A DNA stretch of 64,000 bases from an uncultured Gammaproteobacteria bacterium. Lineage in GTDB: Bacteria > Pseudomonadota > Gammaproteobacteria > Arenicellales > JAANXG01. The stretch is from positions 66,070 to 130,069 of the forward strand of contig CAMYKK010000004.1 of assembly GCA_947258975.1 (NCBI GenBank), in the 5' to 3' direction. Both the position numbers and the translations under genes were made by a program. Within the stretch, counting starts at the first letter, position 1, and the number at the start of each line of letters is the position of its first letter. The notes under the pieces are model-generated. The model saw only the letters and a program-made list of their open reading frames with translations. It was not told the DNA's origin and did not search any database. Positions 17,947-29,500 of the stretch are shown here, one piece after another.

Positions 17947-19278
17947 ATGAATGAAACACCTCGCGAAGGAAGTCTTGAGGCACCCGAACGGCATCCTCTA
18001 GATCTGCATGATCCGTTGTTTTATGACGAAGACGCACTCTTCAAGGAATTGGAGCGCGTCTTTGACATCTGCCACGGATGCCGCCGTTGTTTTAACCTGT
18101 GCAATGCGTTCCCCACCTTGTTCGATGCCATCGATGAATCGGACACCATGGAATTGGACGGGGTCGCTAAGGAGGTTTATTGGGACGTCGCCGATCACTG
18201 TTATCTGTGCGACATGTGCTTCATGACAAAATGTCCGTACGTGCCTCCCCATGCCTGGAACGTGGATTTTCCACACCTGATGCTGCGCGCAAAGGCAGTA
18301 AAACACAAACAGGGGCGATCGATAATGCGGGATAAGCTGCTGACCAGCACGGACACCATTGGCAGGCTGGCGGGTATTCCGGTGATCGTCAACATGGTGA
18401 ATGCCACTAACCGCCATGCGCTGGGCCGCAAGCTGTTGCAAAAAACGCTGGGTGTGCACCCTGGTGCGAAATTGCCGCGCTACCATCACAACACCTTCCG
18501 TAAGCGGCACCGCAGAAACGACGCGCTGGAAGCGGATGCTACGGATGCAACCCGCGGTCAAGTAGTGCTATTTGCCACCTGCTTCGGTCACTTCAACGAT
18601 CCGTCGTTGGGGGAAGATCTGGTGGCGGTTTTCGAACACAACGGAATTCCCGTTACGTTGGCCGACAAGGAAAGGTGCTGCGGTATGCCGAAACTGGAAT
18701 TGGGTGACTTCGCGGCGGTGACCAAAGCCAAGGACGCCAATATACCGGTCCTTGCGGATATGGTGGATGCGGGATGGGATATAGTGGCGCCGGTGCCTTC
18801 TTGCGCGTTAATGTTCAAGCAGGAGTTGCCCTTGATATTTCCCGGCGATGCGGCAGTCAAAAAGGTACAGCAGGCGATTTTCGACCCGTTCGAATACCTG
18901 GCGTTGCGCCACAAGACCGGCAAGCTGAATATCAATTTTCAAAACTCGTTGGGTAAGATTGCCTATCATGTGCCATGTCACCTGCGGGTACAGAACATAG
19001 GGTTGAAAACTCGTGACATATTGTCGTTGGTTCCGGACACCAACATCGAAGTGATTGAGCGCTGTTCGGGACACGACGGCACCTATGCGGTGAAGCAGGA
19101 ATTTCATGAGACCTCAATGAAGATCTGCCGCCCGGTAGTGAAACGGGTCCGCGAGTTGGAAGTGGATCACTACATGAGCGATTGTCCTATGGCCGGCGAT
19201 CAGATTGCCAACGGATTGCAGGACGGTAGTGAACCGAAACATCCGATGGCGCTGCTGCGTCGTGCTTATGGAATTTGA
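17947..19278 (+). CDS. (Fe-S)-binding oxidoreductase with two 4Fe-4S motifs and CCG domains (HdrD/GlpC-like)
   Basis: 443 aa. CHGCRRCFNLCNAFP and CYLCDMCFMTKCPYVPP ferredoxin-type motifs, with C-terminal CCG-type cysteines (ERCCGMP, VPCH). Confidence 0.8.
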   Translation: MNETPREGSLEAPERHPLDLHDPLFYDEDALFKELERVFDICHGCRRCFNLCNAFPTLFDAIDESDTMELDGVAKEVYWDVADHCYLCDMCFMTKCPYVPPHAWNVDFPHLMLRAKAVKHKQGRSIMRDKLLTSTDTIGRLAGIPVIVNMVNATNRHALGRKLLQKTLGVHPGAKLPRYHHNTFRKRHRRNDALEADATDATRGQVVLFATCFGHFNDPSLGEDLVAVFEHNGIPVTLADKERCCGMPKLELGDFAAVTKAKDANIPVLADMVDAGWDIVAPVPSCALMFKQELPLIFPGDAAVKKVQQAIFDPFEYLALRHKTGKLNINFQNSLGKIAYHVPCHLRVQNIGLKTRDILSLVPDTNIEVIERCSGHDGTYAVKQEFHETSMKICRPVVKRVRELEVDHYMSDCPMAGDQIANGLQDGSEPKHPMALLRRAYGI

Positions 19279-19308
19279 TAGCCTGACCACGGACAACGGA
19301 GCAAGATC

Positions 19309-19893
19309 TTGGAAAAGCTAACGCGCGAAGAGTTGTATTCTCTTGAACAGTACGCCGAGTTACGCGCCGAATTTCGCACCCGAGTCATGGCGCATAAAAA
19401 AGATCGTGTCGTGCGTGTCGGAGAACATGCCACCTTGTACTTCGAAGATCGCCTGACAATGCAGTATCAGGTTCAAGAAATGCTGCGAATAGAAAGAATA
19501 TTTGAACCGGGCGGCATTGATGAGGAGCTCAGCGCGTACAACCCGCTAATTCCCGATGGCCACAACCTGAAAGCGACATTCATGATTGAGTATCAGGATG
19601 TCGAGGCGCGAAAGGAGGCCCTGGCACAGCTGGTTGATATCGAAGATCGAGTATGGATGAGGGTGAATGGCTTTGACCCGACGTGGTCGATTGCCGACGA
19701 AGATCTGGAGCGCGCCTCTGCGGATAAAACATCGTCAGTGCATTTCCTGCGCTTCGAATTTTCCCCAGAGGCGATACGGGCTGCCAAGCAAGGTGCGTCG
19801 CTTAGTATCGGTATTGAGCATCGTCACTATCAAGCGACCGTCGATCCTGTGCCGGATTCGACAAACAGCAGCTTGCTTGGCGATTTCGACTGA
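19309..19893 (+). CDS. DUF3501-family protein (conserved partner of the rubrerythrin/Fe-S pair; name from memory)
   Basis: 194 aa with a TTG start behind GGAG. The co-directional three-gene arrangement is one I recall as recurrent. Confidence 0.65.
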   Translation: MEKLTREELYSLEQYAELRAEFRTRVMAHKKDRVVRVGEHATLYFEDRLTMQYQVQEMLRIERIFEPGGIDEELSAYNPLIPDGHNLKATFMIEYQDVEARKEALAQLVDIEDRVWMRVNGFDPTWSIADEDLERASADKTSSVHFLRFEFSPEAIRAAKQGASLSIGIEHRHYQATVDPVPDSTNSSLLGDFD

Positions 19894-20139
19894 TTTTCGG
19901 GCTCGCCTACGTTGCTCACCAGGATCCCGATGCCGGGGCACGACGCGCACAGATGAGCCCCCTGCTGTGGCTTGTGCTGGTGCGATGAAAAAAGGGTGTT
20001 AGAGTCGAATGGTGCCTACTTAAGGGATCACGACACGCTGCACCGAGTGACAATGCCCGGGACACGCCGCAAATACCTCCATGTAGGCTCGGCGCCAGCA
20101 TCCTTGCCGGCGACGGTCCCGGAAATTGTCCCTCAATTC

Positions 20140-20176
20140 AGCACTTTTTAGCCTCTGTAAGGCTTGAGTAAGTGCT
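20140..20176 (+). other. nested stem-loop (AGCACTT...AAGTGCT with inner AGCCT-CTGTA-AGGCT) immediately 5' of the terminator
   Basis: Read directly. 7-bp outer and 5-bp inner complementary arms. Confidence 0.45.
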
Positions 20177-20180
20177 ATTC

Positions 20181-20213
20181 GGGTCAGAGTCTGTGACTCC
20201 GACCCCGTTTTTT
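20181..20213 (+). terminator. rho-independent terminator
   Basis: GGGTCAGAGTC-TGT-GACTCCGACCC (10 of 11 bp paired) followed by CGTTTTTT. The T-run is present only on the plus strand. Confidence 0.65.
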
Positions 20214-20535
20214 CGAGAACCAGCCAGGGCCGGGATAGGTGCGACTGTCGTAACACCCTTTTGTTCGTAACTTCGACACCATGCCTTAAGTTTCACGGCG
20301 TACTCAGAGTTTGGTGCCGCCTGGTGAGAAATGCGGGCCGGCAGCGGTCCGCGTTGCTTTGGTGAAGAATGGGGACTAACGAGCCAGCTCCGGTGCGTGA
20401 GTGATGTCCACCTTGCCGCTTCTTTTTTGCGATTGTCGATGTTTCGAATACTTCAAGAAGCACCATATTGGTGTATGATTACGCGCCAATGGAATGTCCA
20501 ACATAATAATGCGTAACTAACGCTCGTTAGCGAGT

Positions 20536-22428
20536 ATGAGTGCAGTTTACGACTCGTCTGCGATAGAAGTGCTTACCGGTCTTGAACCGGTCCGCAAGCG
20601 GCCTGGGATGTACACCCAGACCGAACGCCCCAATCACCTCATCCACGAAGTTGTCGATAACAGCGTCGACGAAGCAATCGCCGGTTACGCCAACACGACA
20701 CAGATTGTGTTGCACGATGATGACTCCATCACCGTCGCCGATGACGGTCGGGGTATGCCCGTGGATAAACACAAGGAGGAAGGGGTGTCCGGGGTGGAGG
20801 TGGTCCTCACCCGCCTTCATGCCGGGGGTAAATTTTCGAATAAGACCTACCGATTCTCTGGAGGATTGCATGGGGTGGGAGTATCGGTGGTAAACGCGTT
20901 ATCGAAGCGCTTGGAAGTCTGGATACGCCGCCAGGGGAAGGAATACCACATGCGTTTCACCAACGGTCACAAAAGGACTGAACTGAAGGTTGTAGGGAGT
21001 GTGGGCAAGCGGGTCACGGGAACAGTCATACGGTTCTGGCCGGATCCTGGTTTTTTCGACACCGTTAAAGTTCATGTCCCTAGATTAAAGCGTCTGTTGC
21101 GGGCCAAAGCAGTCTTGTGTCCGGGGCTGACGATCAGTTTTCATGATGAAACCAATCCACACAACGACGAGGAGTGGTATTTCGAGGACGGTCTCCAGGA
21201 TTATCTGACCGCTAGACTCGAGGGCTGCGAGAAGATTCCGGAATCCTCGTTTCTAGGGCATTTTAAGGGCAACGACGAAGAGGCGGACTGGGCGATATTG
21301 TGGTCACCCGACGCCGAAGAACAAATCACCGAAAGTTACGTTAATCTGATCCCGACGCCGCAGGGCGGCACGCACGTCAACGGTTTGCGTACCGGATTAA
21401 CAGATGCGATACGCGAATTTTGTGAGTTTCGCGATATATTGCCCCGCGGTGTACGGCTGACCCCTGACGATATTTGGGGTAAATGTAACTACGTGCTGTC
21501 GTTGCGATTGAAGGATCCGCAGTTTACCGGGCAAACAAAAGAGCGCTTGTCCTCACGGGACACCGCCGTGTTTTTGGCCGGGATTACCAAAGATGCATTC
21601 AGTTTGTGGCTCAACCAACATATTGAAGACGCCGAGCGCATTGCTCAATTAGCGATCGATAAAGCCCAGGAACGATTACGCGCGGGGAAGCGCGTTGAAC
21701 GCAAGAAAATTAGCAGCGGCCCTGCCTTGCCCGGCAAACTCGCCGACTGCACCCGTGAGGATTTGGAGGTAACCGAATTGTTTTTGGTTGAGGGTGATTC
21801 TGCGGGAGGATCGGCGAAACAGGCGCGCACTCGCGAGTACCAGGCGATTCTCCCGCTGCGCGGCAAGATCCTGAATACCTGGGAAGTCGATTCCGCGGAA
21901 GTGCTGGCGTCCCAGGAAGTCCACCATATCGCCGTGGCTCTGGGGGTGGACCCCGGGTCGAGTAATCTATCCGGCCTTCGCTACGGTAAGGTATGTATTC
22001 TCGCCGACGCCGATTCTGACGGCGCTCATATCGCGACTTTGTTGTGTGCATTGTTCGTCCGACACTTCGCGGCCGTTGTGGAAGCAGGCAGGGTGCACGT
22101 GTCGATGCCGCCTCTTTATCGCATCGACGTGGGGAAGGAGGTCTTCTATGCCCTGGATGATGAAGAAAAAAAGGGCGTGTTGGATCGTATTGAGGCGGGA
22201 AAACTGCGCGGCAAGGTCAACATCCAACGTTTCAAGGGCCTCGGTGAGATGAATCCCATGCAGCTTCGTGAGACCGTGATGGATCCGCATACCCGGCGTT
22301 TGGTGCAGCTACAGATCAAACGCGGAGATGACACCGATAAGATGCTGGATATGTTGCTGTCCAAAAAGCGTGTCGCCGATCGGAAGACCTGGTTGAGCAA
22401 GAAGGGCGATCAAGTAGATATTAGCTAG
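20536..22428 (+). CDS. parE: DNA topoisomerase IV subunit B
   Basis: 630 aa. AIEVLTGLEPVRKRPGMYT, RLHAGGKFSNKTYRFSGGLHGVG. The length and the absence of the GyrB insertion fit ParE. parC follows. Confidence 0.92.
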   Translation: MSAVYDSSAIEVLTGLEPVRKRPGMYTQTERPNHLIHEVVDNSVDEAIAGYANTTQIVLHDDDSITVADDGRGMPVDKHKEEGVSGVEVVLTRLHAGGKFSNKTYRFSGGLHGVGVSVVNALSKRLEVWIRRQGKEYHMRFTNGHKRTELKVVGSVGKRVTGTVIRFWPDPGFFDTVKVHVPRLKRLLRAKAVLCPGLTISFHDETNPHNDEEWYFEDGLQDYLTARLEGCEKIPESSFLGHFKGNDEEADWAILWSPDAEEQITESYVNLIPTPQGGTHVNGLRTGLTDAIREFCEFRDILPRGVRLTPDDIWGKCNYVLSLRLKDPQFTGQTKERLSSRDTAVFLAGITKDAFSLWLNQHIEDAERIAQLAIDKAQERLRAGKRVERKKISSGPALPGKLADCTREDLEVTELFLVEGDSAGGSAKQARTREYQAILPLRGKILNTWEVDSAEVLASQEVHHIAVALGVDPGSSNLSGLRYGKVCILADADSDGAHIATLLCALFVRHFAAVVEAGRVHVSMPPLYRIDVGKEVFYALDDEEKKGVLDRIEAGKLRGKVNIQRFKGLGEMNPMQLRETVMDPHTRRLVQLQIKRGDDTDKMLDMLLSKKRVADRKTWLSKKGDQVDIS

Positions 22429-22552
22429 ATGTGCAAACCGCGCATTTCAAGCATTGAATAGAGTATCGAGAACAACGTCCAAATTTTGAATGCCTATTTT
22501 TCAGCGTGCCTTTTGACCGTGTGTTTTTAACTTCACAACCGCTTTTTTAGTC

Positions 22553-24844
<2,292 letters not shown>

Positions 24845-24859
24845 TCTGTGATCTTTGGG

Positions 24860-26842
24860 TTAGGATTTGAATTCAACGAGATGGTCATCGCCGGCTTTAC
24901 CGTCTTCGTCGTCCGCAGTGTCTTCGGCCTCGTCTGAGATTAAAAAGTAATCGTCGGCGAACACTGGTTCGCTCGGCCGGATCTCAACGCCCATACGGCG
25001 GATGTCCTCCCAAATCGTTCCGTCCGGATCGTCAAGCGCGGCGCGGGTCAGTTTTGCTTGCCGGATGAATTCGTCGCCCTCGCCCAAGATACGCAGCACG
25101 CGGAGCAGTTGGAGGCGAAAGTCCGGGTTGCCGGGTTCTTTATCGACTAACCGGACCAAGAGATTTTTTGCGTCGTTGTAGTAACCTCCGTTGATGTAAA
25201 GCTCCAATTCGTCCAAGACGTCGGTCTCGCTGACTTTCATCCCCAGCTCTGAATCTCTCAGTTCCCCGGTCAAAAACTCAGTGCCTATTCCCAATGCCTC
25301 CTTTATCTCTTCAGTTTCGTCAACGTTGGTCGACAACGAGGTAAATATCGGGGACGTGGTTTTGGTTTCCTCGGGTACGGTATATTGGGGTGCAGCTTCT
25401 GCAACTGGTGGCGTGGTTGCTCGTTGGTACAAAACGCTGGTCTCGCCGTGTTCGCGAACCCGTGTCCGTTTGTTGCGACCGGCGATAAGCCATCCCAGTA
25501 ACGTGCCAATGGCCAATACCAGCAGTGCTAATACAAAATTAATCGGTGTTGCAAGGCCGCGGGTTAAGCTCGATGACTCGAGGTTGCGATTGATCGTCGT
25601 CGTCATGTCTTCCAGCCGCTGTTCCAGTCCGCTAATCTGCTGATCGCGAGTCGAGAGCTGATCTTGCAACGAATTCACTAGTGTTTCCAAGCGGTTGACA
25701 TCTGTCGCCAGCGGTTGTTGCGCGGATGGTGGTGCCATAACACCGGGTTGAACTGTGTTGGCGGACGTATCCGGTGTGGGCGACTCTGGTTGTCCCAGGT
25801 TCCGCTCGTCCGCGCCCGCGGTATCGGTGGCCACCGCGACCTTTGCGGTCGGATCCAGCAGCTGACTCAAGCGTGTATCGGCCGGCAAAGTCCGCGGCGA
25901 TGTCGAGATGGTTTGTGCGATCCCAGTCCGCGGCGCGAGATCAAATCCAATTTCTGGTGTGGTGGTTTGTGCAGCCACATCGCGATCCGCCTCTGGTGCA
26001 GCCGCCATTTCAGCCTCGATCAGCGACATTCCGCCGGTTGGCAGTGACACCCGTTGTCGCCACTCGTCGGTCTGCATGGCCAATGCTTGCACGGCCTCGC
26101 GCTGCGAGGCCTGAGCCAACGTGGAGGCAGTGGGCATATTTAGATATACACCGGTTTTTAGATTGTTGGCATTGTTATCGATAAATGCGCTCGGGTTGGT
26201 CTGGAAAAGGCCCAAAGTCATTTGCGGGATGGTAACGCCGAATCCTCCGCGCAGTTCCATCGCGATCTGCGATAGCGTTTGTCCGCTTCGCACCGGGCCA
26301 TAAGGATCCTTCTGGTCGGCTGCTACCGTCCGGTCGACGGGGAGGTGTGTGAACGATGGTGGCCCGGGAATCGGTTGCGGCGTGCGCGGCGCGGGGCGCG
26401 TGCGCGCTGACCGGGTGGGGTATTCGATTGGATCGAGTAACACGGTGAATCCCCGCACAAACGCCGTTTTTTCCGTTTCGATATTCAACATGAAGGCTAA
26501 AAGTGGTTCGCTGACGGGTTCCAGCGTGGTGATGCGCAGTAGGGCCGTCGATCCAGGACCGGGGATGATTTCAAACTGGAAGTCGGCCAACACCGGCGAC
26601 ACCTCATATCCAAAGTCGGCAAAAGCGGACGCTGGGGCGAGTCCAATATCGAGTGCTCTGAGTTCCTTTGGGGACGTATTGGCAATGGGGATTTCGATCT
26701 TGAGCGGTTGGTCCAGATAAGATTGAACTTGAGCATCGCCGATCGATACTGCGCCGCTCAAGCCCGGAATTCCGATGTACAGACCCAGCGCGACCAATGT
26801 CCATGAACGCGTTTGCAACACTTTGTTATAGTTCCTTGCCAT
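24860..26842 (-). CDS. fimV: FimV/HubP-family polar landmark protein (LysM peptidoglycan-binding, single TM, acidic C-terminus)
   Basis: 660 aa. N-terminal signal plus FimV N-domain (AQVQSYLDQPLKIEIPI), LysM-like YGPVRSGQTLSQIAMEL, coiled coil, TM LALLVLAIGTLLGWLIAG, and a TPR-like acidic tail. Confidence 0.78.
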   Translation of the reverse strand: MARNYNKVLQTRSWTLVALGLYIGIPGLSGAVSIGDAQVQSYLDQPLKIEIPIANTSPKELRALDIGLAPASAFADFGYEVSPVLADFQFEIIPGPGSTALLRITTLEPVSEPLLAFMLNIETEKTAFVRGFTVLLDPIEYPTRSARTRPAPRTPQPIPGPPSFTHLPVDRTVAADQKDPYGPVRSGQTLSQIAMELRGGFGVTIPQMTLGLFQTNPSAFIDNNANNLKTGVYLNMPTASTLAQASQREAVQALAMQTDEWRQRVSLPTGGMSLIEAEMAAAPEADRDVAAQTTTPEIGFDLAPRTGIAQTISTSPRTLPADTRLSQLLDPTAKVAVATDTAGADERNLGQPESPTPDTSANTVQPGVMAPPSAQQPLATDVNRLETLVNSLQDQLSTRDQQISGLEQRLEDMTTTINRNLESSSLTRGLATPINFVLALLVLAIGTLLGWLIAGRNKRTRVREHGETSVLYQRATTPPVAEAAPQYTVPEETKTTSPIFTSLSTNVDETEEIKEALGIGTEFLTGELRDSELGMKVSETDVLDELELYINGGYYNDAKNLLVRLVDKEPGNPDFRLQLLRVLRILGEGDEFIRQAKLTRAALDDPDGTIWEDIRRMGVEIRPSEPVFADDYFLISDEAEDTADDEDGKAGDDHLVEFKS

Positions 26843-26935
26843 TACCTTTTGGTCAAACGCCCCCGCAGTACCTTCTAATAATATAGCCTAGAAAATCCAG
26901 ATAGATCAATGAATTGGTAGTTTATTTTAAGAACA

Positions 26936-27490
26936 TTAGTGATTTGTTTGGTGATCCTGGTGTGAGATGTGTGGACCGTTCATCCGGGTGATTTTGATTA
27001 ATGTCCCCGACTCGTCGTCAGCCCTCTGCAGCATCACGTTGGTGGCGCCCCGGGCGCCGTGTTCAACGGTAAGGCTGATCTTGGGTCCATTACGTGTTGG
27101 CACCCGGAGCAGTTGCGCCGGCGCTATTCCCAACTCGCGGGTGTAGAATTCGGTCACTTTGCTGATGGCATCATTGCTGTGCAATGTTGCTATCAACAAG
27201 GACCGCGCTCCTTCGGCCAACTTATCTGTCATTTGCCAACTACCGCCGTCTCGAGGTTTGGCGCCGGGGTAGATACGCACGCCGAGCCGTTCTTCCGTTA
27301 CGGTCACAAATGCCGTGTAGGAGGCGCTCCCAGGCAGCTGTATGGGGGGATTCCCTGTCGATGTAGACGTATGTGTCACATTGGTATCGAGTTCCTTGGG
27401 TTTTGAGCCTTCGCAGGCGCTGAGAACCGTTATCGCCACCAGTAACCCCGGCAGCCATAAACCAGAGAATAGACGGGGCTTGGATAACAT
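26936..27490 (-). CDS. hypothetical lipoprotein
   Basis: 184 aa with lipobox LSAC after a hydrophobic signal. No recognisable family. Confidence 0.5.
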   Translation of the reverse strand: MLSKPRLFSGLWLPGLLVAITVLSACEGSKPKELDTNVTHTSTSTGNPPIQLPGSASYTAFVTVTEERLGVRIYPGAKPRDGGSWQMTDKLAEGARSLLIATLHSNDAISKVTEFYTRELGIAPAQLLRVPTRNGPKISLTVEHGARGATNVMLQRADDESGTLIKITRMNGPHISHQDHQTNH

Positions 27491-27495
27491 ATAGA

Positions 27496-28353
27496 CTATG
27501 GTGTCGAGCGTTGCACGTTCTGAAAGTGTTTACACAGCTCGTGGTCAGGACCAAGCAGAGCCAAAATGGCCAATATGCCACGACGAGCCTGTTCTGTGAG
27601 CGCAGAGGTATCGTTCGCAATTTCGGCAAGATGCTCCAGCGCTCCAGAGTAGTCGTCTCGCGTGAGCAGACATGCGCTTAATTGGAAACGCGCATGTACG
27701 TCCTTTGGATTCGTCTCCACAGCCCGTTTGAGTGCATCAATCGCAGGGGCCTGTTGGGCTACGCAGATCAAGCGCAGATGGTTCGCTAAAAGGTCGACCT
27801 CGGGATCGTCGAACGCGGATTTGGGAAGAGTTTCCAATACCTGTAACGCCTGTGCATGATTTCCTTTCTGGACCAGGATTTTCGCCTGATCAAGGCGGAA
27901 ACGATGGTCCGCCGGTGGAGTCTCGGCCGTGCGCTCCATGTGCGTCATGACATTGTCAAATGTTCCTTGTTGAGATGCCTTGGTTGCCTCCGCTTGGCCT
28001 CGCGGTGTCGCGTATGGAAGGTATTTCTCGATTGTTTTCCGCAACACCTGCTCGGAATAAGCGCCGTGCACGCTTTCCGCCAGTTTCTCATTGCTGTAGA
28101 TACGTACCGTTGGAATACTGATGACGCCTTGTTGTTTCGCGAAGTGTTGATGGGTTTCCGTATTCAACAATGTGAGCAGGAAACGTCCGCCTAAGTCATC
28201 ACAAAGCTTCACCAAACGGGGCAACAAGCGCATGCATGGACCGGCGTTAGGTGACCAATAAAATACCATGACCGGTCCACGTCTGGAATTGTCCAGCACC
28301 AGTGTGTTGAAGTTCTCTGGATTGATATCGTGAATATATTGGCGCGTGTTCAA
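27496..28353 (-). CDS. thioredoxin-fold/TPR co-chaperone (YbbN/CnoX-like)
   Basis: 285 aa. Thioredoxin-like N-domain with a degenerate active site (WSPNAGPC) and a C-terminal TPR region, colinear with E. coli YbbN as recalled. Confidence 0.78.
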   Translation of the reverse strand: MNTRQYIHDINPENFNTLVLDNSRRGPVMVFYWSPNAGPCMRLLPRLVKLCDDLGGRFLLTLLNTETHQHFAKQQGVISIPTVRIYSNEKLAESVHGAYSEQVLRKTIEKYLPYATPRGQAEATKASQQGTFDNVMTHMERTAETPPADHRFRLDQAKILVQKGNHAQALQVLETLPKSAFDDPEVDLLANHLRLICVAQQAPAIDALKRAVETNPKDVHARFQLSACLLTRDDYSGALEHLAEIANDTSALTEQARRGILAILALLGPDHELCKHFQNVQRSTP

Positions 28354-28432
28354 GCGTGTGCTGCCATTTGGCCGTTGGGGATGTCGTTCACGGGTTCTAT
28401 CGTACGCCTGAAAGGTTCAGGACCGACTGCCA

Positions 28433-28987
28433 TCAGCGGTGGCGGTGCGAATGGCGGTGACGAGGGAAACGATACAACGGTCTATATGGCCACCAGGGGT
28501 CGTAGAACGGGCCCCAGATATAGGGCGAGTTAAAATAGGGGTCATACTCTGGGAGCGGCTCCCAAAGATACAGATCATCAACTTGCACTACTGGAAACTG
28601 GTATGGATATTTGCCGATGTTTCGGGTGACGCCTTTGGTGAGCCTACCGACTACAGTTATTTCACGTCCACGCTGATACTCCTCCGGCTCCAGGAAACCC
28701 GGGACTTGCGCTATAAAACGCCCAGTGGTTGCGCTGGTGTCGAGTGGGCGGCCGTTTCGCTGTAGGCGCCTGGCAACGACCTGTACCCAGGTGTCGGCGC
28801 GCCGATTCTCGACCTCCACGATGGTGCCTCCCCAGCGCACCCGCGCACCCATGTGCCGATTGGTGTCCTGCACCGCGGCGAGCACGGTAGGGCCGGCGAC
28901 CGGTGTGCGAATGTTTTTGGGCGCGGTGGCACAAGCCCCTAAGCTTAATGCCACAACAAGCCACAAAAATTTAAGTTGGCGATACAT
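28433..28987 (-). CDS. Slp-family outer-membrane lipoprotein
   Basis: 184 aa. Lipobox LGAC, VRWGGTIVEVENRRADTWVQVV, and an aromatic/Pro-rich tail. Confidence 0.72.
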   Translation of the reverse strand: MYRQLKFLWLVVALSLGACATAPKNIRTPVAGPTVLAAVQDTNRHMGARVRWGGTIVEVENRRADTWVQVVARRLQRNGRPLDTSATTGRFIAQVPGFLEPEEYQRGREITVVGRLTKGVTRNIGKYPYQFPVVQVDDLYLWEPLPEYDPYFNSPYIWGPFYDPWWPYRPLYRFPRHRHSHRHR

Positions 28988-29138
28988 TAGAAGCGTTCAC
29001 TTTACTTATACTCCGCGCGTTAGTGAATGATGGTGCCCGTCGCATTCGCGGTCTGTTTCCCGACGATTGCTGTACTACTATAATAACTCGTATGACGGAT
29101 AATGGTTGAAATCTTGGTCAAACATATCAATGGACTAA

Positions 29139-29480
29139 TTGATGACTCACCTCAAACCGAGAAATACGCAGACCGTTTCGTTCACCGCCGGTGAACCACT
29201 ACACGAACGCGTCCCCACTCGAGATGAGCAGGGGCGATTGCTCAGCGACTTTATGATGTTAATTCCGGGCCTCAGAGAATGGCCGAAGGGTCGCTTCAAT
29301 GATCGTGTCGCGGGCATCCAGGCGGTACTGGGCGGCTTCAGTGAGGTCGTTTTCGCAGACCTCAACGTGCCCTTGAATCTTCTATGGGTATCTGTGAAAG
29401 CAAAACCGGGTATTATCTCCGCGGTTGCGGCCTCGATTCAGCATCGCGTACCAGAGGCGCGGGTCATAGGCCATCATTAA
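29139..29480 (+). CDS. hypothetical protein
   Basis: 113-aa ORF with non-repetitive composition, convergent with the ClC gene. No family recognised. Confidence 0.4.
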   Translation: MMTHLKPRNTQTVSFTAGEPLHERVPTRDEQGRLLSDFMMLIPGLREWPKGRFNDRVAGIQAVLGGFSEVVFADLNVPLNLLWVSVKAKPGIISAVAASIQHRVPEARVIGHH

Positions 29481-29500
29481 CCCGTGCACGCTGATTCTGT

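Noticed and set aside
17419-17994. 191-aa minus-strand ORF
   Set aside because: Antisense to the well-supported rubrerythrin gene. Pro/Arg/Ser-rich composition typical of shadow ORFs in GC-rich coding DNA.
19894-20213. Identification as 6S RNA, tmRNA, RNase P RNA, SRP RNA or RsmY/Z
   Set aside because: None of the conserved signature strings I know is present: the tmRNA tag ORF and 3' tRNA-like end, the RNase P GGAAAGTCCGGGC, the SRP GGAAGCAGCC, or a GacA box upstream. Left as an unclassified candidate.
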